Assembly (NCBI GenBank): GCA_000934665.2
Contig: JYFJ02001832.1
Span: 48,810-68,809, forward strand
Source: Catajapyx aquilonaris
Lineage: Eukaryota
Direction of reading: 5' to 3'
DNA: 20,000 nucleotides
Shown: positions 11,728 through 20,000 of the stretch, piece after piece
Numbering within the stretch: position 1 is the stretch's first letter
How the letters are laid out: each line of letters starts with the position of its first letter
The notes under the pieces: generated by a model
Told to the model about the DNA's origin: nothing
What the model saw: the letters and a program-made list of their open reading frames with translations, nothing else
The model's database searches: none
Translations under genes and position numbers: made by a program

Positions 11728-12342
11728 TAACCAAAGCAAGTTGGTGTGGTCAGGGAGCATATAGACCTACTACATAAGAGGCGCAAACTTCTGTCGGCGC
11801 CTTTGATGTCCGCGTCTCTCTGTTTGGAACCTTTGCCAAGGCTGGCGGCCATTTTGAAGTGTGGGGAACGCCAACGAGGTATAAATGGGGTACAGTCAAA
11901 AATAGGGTCCGCCATCTTTGATGGTTTTGGCGGCCATGGCAACTACACGGCAAGAACACGCGCGAATCAAAGATGGAGGGCCCTCTTTTTGCCTGTACCC
12001 TATTTATACCTCGTTGGCGTTGCCCACACTTCAAAATGGCCGCCAGCCTTGGCAACGCCCCAAACAGAGAGACGCGGAAATCGAATGTTTGCGCCTCTTA
12101 TGTAGTATATGCTCCCTGGTGTGGTGGTTAAGGAGCCCGACTGCTAATGGGAATGTCCTGGGTTCGAATCCCGGGGCCGGAAACCCTGACCATGGTTTTC
12201 CACTGTCCCCCCAGGATAATTCCGGGGTTGTTTCCGTATAAGCCACAGCCGCTTCCTTCCCTATCCTTGGCCACATCCAATGGTGGTACTCCACCCCCCT
12301 AATAGAGAGCCTATTCTCCCAATGGGGTATAAATAACAAAAA
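11728..12342 (+). mobile_element. tRNA-derived SINE (family B, copy 2) with a MITE inserted in its A-box
   Basis: Head and body align with 10594-10819; B-box GGTTCGAATCC; 14-bp TSD ttaattgtcgaatt (11714-11727, 12343-12356). Confidence 0.88.
11751..12118. mobile_element. Palindromic MITE, 368 bp, with CAGGG termini and a 7-bp TSD (P-like or hAT-like)
   Basis: CAGGGAGCATATA...TATATGCTCCCTG with ~160-bp arms; gtgtggt duplicated at 11744-11750 and 12119-12125. Confidence 0.88.
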
Positions 12343-12548
12343 TTAATTGTCGAATTAAATATTGAAAAGGAACTGACCGGAAGAAATCAATTAGTCCATG
12401 ACCTGGATTTGACCAATTTTATAGGACGAGAATTTCAGGACAGAAACTTGTTCAATGCGTGATGTACAGTCGCGAGCATAAAGATGTGGACGGACTAATG
12501 CTCGGTGAAATTGCCCGTGACCAACATTACCCATAAGCCATAACTGAC

Positions 12549-12720
12549 CTTTTCTGTGGAAGACGATGACGAGCCAGCAGCTGCTAGTGATCCTAAATCA
12601 CCTTCTTCAGCATCAGTGTCCGGTGAATCCAATTCCTTGTCCGAAAGAGTGGCTTCGCTCACGTCCATTCGGTCATCAGAAGGCGGGTCGTTCTGACTTC
12701 CTGTCTCACCTCCGTTTTCA
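12549..12720 (-). CDS. 172-bp exon, probably of the same gene (ENGGETGSQNDPPSDDRMDVSEATLSDKELDSPDTDAEEGDLGSLAAAGSSSSSTEK); possible start ATG at 12668
   Basis: Acceptor aatgtttcAG, donor AAG|GTCAGT. It ends in phase 0, matching the 2744 exon, and has the same acidic/Ser composition. This implies a 9.8 kb intron (2745-12548); further exons inside it cannot be excluded. Confidence 0.7.
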
Positions 12721-12864
12721 CTGAAACATTATGTCACATGTTATCTACCCCTATTTTTACATATCTGCACATGTTATCGTTCATCTAGTTGCCTAATGAT
12801 GGTCTGGTGTAAACATGGTTGAGATAGTGCTAGTTGATGATAACTATATAATTGTGAGAAGGAA

Positions 12865-12896
12865 AACTTCGGACTTCCGGTGAATCTTACTTCCGC
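12865..12896 (-). promoter_or_regulatory. Cluster of ETS/GABP-like motifs overlapping a candidate splice donor; possible promoter or 5'UTR exon boundary of the minus-strand gene
   Basis: ACTTCGG, ACTTCCGG and ACTTCCG within ~30 bp; minus-strand GAA|GTAAGA with GT at 12890-12889, ~170 bp upstream of the 12720 acceptor. Motif evidence only. Confidence 0.3.
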
Positions 12897-15800
12897 ACGC
12901 GTATTCATTAGTGGGCTGGAAAAATGCATCCGTGAGTTTCATGGGAAGATAGACACGAGAGAAAACTGCTACATTTTCCTCCATATTGGAGAAAGTCGAC
13001 AAAAGAGCGAATCCATATATGGTACCGTAAATGAAATACTAGCAGGTAAATGAACTTGACGCATCTGCAAATGTATGCGTGTACTCGCTGTGAAATGAGT
13101 CCAAAGTGCAAAAATTAAACATGCAAATGATTGGCCTTGGCACCAACTGTACCCGCTTCAAGGGATGGCACACAATGTCTTTCTCTTTGATCAATAGCAC
13201 CAACTTTCTCTTCTTTTGTAATCGGTCGGATCATCTCCGATCCGGACTGGCTGAATTCAAAATAATGTGACTTATCACACAATACGCACCGGTGTGTACG
13301 GAAGTACAGTGAGTTGGGGAATAAATTTGACTGCAATTAAGCACGCGGTCATTAAACCCTAGGTTGCCAGCTCGCAACCCGCCTATATATTCATGAAGGT
13401 TCCATTTACTCTTTATGAGAGAGTGATTCGTTTTTCCACAACCTATCCCAGACACTGTAACTGATATATCAATTTCGACGAATATGATCATCTAAATGGC
13501 ATTTTCAAGGCTCGACGAGCCCCAGACGTATAGTGAAATTGATCCGACTGTCACACTTTAGAAGCTTTCTACCAAACGGACTATAAAAGCAACGTTTGAT
13601 GGGGCTTGTTAAGAGCCAATAAATCCAACCAGACAGGGTGTGTCACATGAATTGGAATGTAGTCGCAAACTTAGAATCAAGCAGATTGGCAGTGGGTTTC
13701 AGTACGACCTACATATCTACGCTCCTTTTCCTGACCCACCTTTCACACAAGTTTTCAAGGAAGGCTTAGAAGCACCCCCAGCAAACTAATGTACTTATTT
13801 GGCCATGCTCGATGCTACAACAATTTTGTATTCTTGCTACATAATGATTACAGTATTACGACACAAAAAAAGGCCGCATGTGTGCAGTTGATAGGGCAAG
13901 GATGTGGCAAACTGCATCAAGCTGCTATAGAGATATCACAGGAAGAGTAGATCGATTCAATGCCTGAGGGATATACAGATAATGTAACTCAATTCGTATT
14001 TAAGCCTATGATGTCCTATGCATATTTTCTAGTCAAACCAATTTTTTCTCCTCCCCTTATCCTCCTGAGACCCCTGGTACAGTATACTGTACCTTTGTTT
14101 TTTCCAGCACCTTCTGACTAACTCAAACGCGTAAAAAAGAACAAAAACAAAGGTGATTGAAAGGTGTACTAGGGGTCTCAGAAGGTTAATAAAATATGCA
14201 TGTTGTATGGTATGCGAGTTTCTTATTTGTTGCCGGCCTGAAATATGGAGAAAGGGTAGCGTTTGCATAATTGACGGCAAACTTGAAATCAGGTGTGCTT
14301 GGTGGGAAGTTGTAGGAGTTGGTGTGGGATTTAACCTGAGTGACCTCCTAAACCTTAGCTAAAAAGGAGTCATCGACCAAAGGGGAAAGTGGGGTGGATC
14401 ACTAGAATATGCACAGGGGAGCAACGTATCCATGGAGACTCCACAAAATGACTATTTTATATGTGCCTGGTGCTAATATGTTCATCTCCAACTTGGTTCA
14501 AAACAGTAGGGGAGGGGTTGGAATTAAGCTTCCTATTGGCTCGAATAATGCATAAAACGCGTTGCGGACTAGATGGTGTGATTGCCACGAGACATTCTGG
14601 CTCTTGATTGATTACAGCTAGTCACGAATAGGGAAACTGAAATCAATCGAGGTTAAGAAACTTGGACCCATCTGTTAATACTTAGCTAGTCTTACATTGT
14701 TACGTAATTGTCATGATCGCGGTCCGTTCTGGAGCAAAAATTTTTTATCGCGTGTTCGGCATAACCTTGGAACTTGGGCGTTAATTGCGGGCTTTTCAGC
14801 CGTACTGTACGCATGGTTAAAATCAGTGTCATAATATTGACCAAGTTCCGTGCGTTTTCCCAATCCACATGATCCGGCAAAAGGGGTTTTCGAAAATAAA
14901 TTTCCGGCTTCCTGTATACTAAATGCATGACCTTGTAGAGACTGAGGTGAGCCGATAAAGCTCCAACAACATGAACTTTAAATGGGGAAGTGACTCAGTG
15001 TTGTTCTTTACTGTAGAGGAGCTGGCAACGCGAGAATTCCATAAACGTTAATGGTCAGGAAAAAGTGGTACAGTAAACATCGTCGGAATGTCCTATTTAC
15101 CCTGCAGTGCACTCTTATGAATGAAATTCCGTCAAGTACAACCAAACAATGGCAATACCCAAATGGAGGATCTGGGTGACGTAACCGGCAACTTGATACA
15201 TTTTGCGCACTCACTATGAGTCACTCACCACATTGTGGGATTGGTCCAATCCAGGACAGAGGTAGTAGTGTTGCACTTCGTCTAATGATTCTTGCAGTAT
15301 AAATATATAAGCAAGGACCAAGCACAGGAGCGGAAAAAAGGCCTCTTTAGGGAGCCATCCTCGTGACGGATGCCGAACACACGCCTGTCATTATCACAAC
15401 CACGACACGGTCCAATCCAGCCACCAATGTGCAGTTTCAGTCTTGAGTGGTCGCTGACCTCGACACTCCTTCACTTGTAGGAGGTATTTCTCTCGAAAAT
15501 GGGCGTTGCAACATCCGACACACTGCAACACGTGAAGATTTTGCACCTGCAAGGTCACTGCTTGTTAGGTGGGAAGTATATCCTGTGAGGCCGGCAACCA
15601 ACAGTGCACTGAATGGTGGGTTGCCTACAGTCTAGGGGTCAGGATTTTGTTGCGTTGTGTCTGCGGAGAGTGTTGAAGACGTTGGTGTTGTTGAGAAGCA
15701 AGTGCCTCTGAGTGTAAAGATCACCCTTCAGGTTTTGAGGGGTGGGGGGGATGCGCAGGCGTTGGGGATAGGGCCTAGGGCTGACATGGCGCATACTCTC

Positions 15801-17178
15801 TATCGATCTGTTCCTATTTTATTGTGCCGGTCGCCGAATGAAGGGGAAAACCGGAAAGGCAAGTGTGACAACTTGTCTTACAGAGACTTGCCTCCGGGTA
15901 AAGAAAATCCCAAGAAAATCCGTAACAAGGTTAAAGTTCAGTATCACAAAGAATGAAAGAAAGAGTGTCATTATTACTTCATAATTATTGTAAGGGTGGG
16001 AATGTGGTTCATAAAGCAAGTAATAATATGAAAAAAACTGATAACAGTTTTTAAAGATCCTGCCAATGTACTAACAACAACTGCTCTTGAGTGTGCCAAA
16101 ATGTAGGCTTGTCGCACACATTTCTGTAGTAGCCTAGGTTCGTTTAAACCTGCTGATGCCGGAATTATTATGTCACTTTGCATTTTATGTGGAAATATAT
16201 GATACATACAGATCAGTATCATACCACTTCATCCGAACTCTTTTTCGTCCGAAAACATCTAATGTACAGTACCTTTTCGAACAAAGAAGAGACAATTTTT
16301 CCAATATTTTCGGCTGAAGGCGGACGCCCGATGTTTTCCCCGTATGACATAATTATGCTGAGTGTAGGCCTACCGTACATTTTCGTCCGAAGAAAGTTTC
16401 TTGCTCGATGTACCCAATTAAGTCACATTTCAGAAGAAAAGGCACGGCAGTATAGATTAATTGCGTCCGGCAATATATATCGATATGGTTCAATATGGTT
16501 CGGGAATATCGGCGAACGTTACGTAGTATAGGTCTTGAAATATTCCTTAAAGGAATAGAAGTGTCTTTCATCAATCTAAATCGCATCTGGAATGGTCCGT
16601 CGGCGTAATTGAAGGTAGACGGCTGTTCGAGTAAGTGTTATTGATTGTTGGCAACACCAAACGCAACAATAGCAGATAAATCCTCCGTTCATGATAAGCT
16701 AACCCTTCCAGTTAGTGTAGCGAGTAGACCTTCTAGTCGACCTATAGTGTGACAAACCTCATCTACTTTATACAAACTAAATTGTAAATTATGCGAATTT
16801 ATAGCTGTATTTTATTTATAACACAGTCCCAGGCCAGTGGGGTCTAAGGCCTATCGGCCAGGTCGACCCAAGTCCCTATCTAAGTCCTAGGCCATACAGC
16901 AGTCCGGAACTTGGGCTTGAAAACAATGAGGAAAATCTGACAGCAAAATGATAGCGCAAGATCTATTTATGACACGCTAATGAATGACCTTATCGGGACA
17001 TCAAATCAAAATGAGATAATTGGAGAGGGTTTTTTTATCTTGAGAAAAATACTTCCACCAGGAATATTAACAGCATTTTTGATTAGGCCTACCTTATAAT
17101 AAAGGGGAAGGTTTGAACTTTACAACTATGAATATATTAATCCAGTAAATATGAGTAAAACAGGTCAGTGTAGACTTA

Positions 17179-17305
17179 GGGCCGGTTTCACCGAGCTCAG
17201 TATATGATAAAACCAGGGTTCTTTCTCAAAATCCCTATCTATTTGTATGGGATTTTCCTAAAGAAACCTGGTTTTATCATATACCAAGCTCGGTGAAACC
17301 GGCCC
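17179..17305. mobile_element. PIF/Harbinger-like mini-MITE, 127 bp
   Basis: Almost fully palindromic: GGGCCGGTTTCACCGAGCT...AGCTCGGTGAAACCGGCCC; 3-bp TSD not exact. Confidence 0.75.
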
Positions 17306-17651
17306 TGTAGAACATGTTAGTATTTTTAGGTGGGCGTACAGGTGCAGTACCTTAACAGGCTTTTGGCAGGGTGATGCAACAGGTACGCACGTCCTCTCGG
17401 ATTTAGTTGTATTGCGACTTTCCAAAGTAATGAATTATTGCCATAAGTTAGTTTACTTTGCCCATTTCAGCTCCATTATGAAGGGAATGGAAAGTTAATT
17501 TTAGCCTTGCAACCAATATGCATAACTAGAAAGAATATATTTTGGGCTGTATCACTTGGAAAGCTATGGGGTGGAATAATTCTCAGGATGTTCTGCTTAG
17601 CAAAGAGTGAGTGACAAAACCGAAATTATCATGCCATTATCTCCGTAATAA

Positions 17652-19831
<2,180 letters not shown>

Positions 19832-20000
19832 TCACCGCGCTTCGGGCTAGACTGCTAGGCGAAGTTGCTGAAAACCCACACAATTATAGCTATAAGACTG
19901 CTAAGACGAATAATAGAACACTATAAAGAGCCCCCTGCAGGGTCACCAGCAGAGAGAGGATGGCATGGGGATGGGGGCCGTCCATAATCCGCGCGGACAA

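Noticed and set aside
11727..12339. Mirror-image ORF pairs on both strands (also 3591-4163 and 5476-5939)
   Set aside because: These are artefacts of palindromic MITE arms, with no transposase or other recognisable protein
14981..15234. Weak inverted repeat pair (gtgactca / tgagtcac); similar weak pair at ~10298-10430
   Set aside because: Too short and degenerate, with no TSD, to call an element
15420..16590. GC-richer stretch with ORFs 15447-15635, 15657-15956 and 16178-16531
   Set aside because: No recognisable protein and no consistent splice-site and phase chain; left unannotated
17355..17400. Plus-strand remnant of the actin N-terminus upstream of 17769
   Set aside because: Only a chance resemblance; the true N-terminal exon is on the minus strand at 19794-19667

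Overview
Eukaryotic (animal, probably invertebrate) genomic DNA with three components. (1) The 5' portion of a minus-strand, multi-exon gene encoding a large acidic, low-complexity protein I cannot name. Its exons are 12720-12549, 2744-2492, 2128-2036 and 1427-<1, all splice phases are compatible, and the last exon runs off the window. (2) A dense, partly nested set of non-autonomous elements, mostly in that gene's 9.8 kb intron: Tc1/mariner-, pogo-, Kolobok-, hAT/P- and Harbinger-like MITEs, tRNA-derived SINEs with target-site duplications, and (AAT)n tracts. (3) A complete but disabled intron-containing actin gene split by a ~1.12 kb internal inversion. Its N-terminal ~52 codons lie on the minus strand (19794-19667 and 18923-18894), while the rest through the stop codon lies on the plus strand (17769-18881), with a 3-bp CAG/CTG inverted microhomology at the breakpoints. 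A transcript from the original actin promoter would therefore be largely antisense to actin mRNA. Most ORFs in the supplied track are spurious or come from palindromic MITEs.
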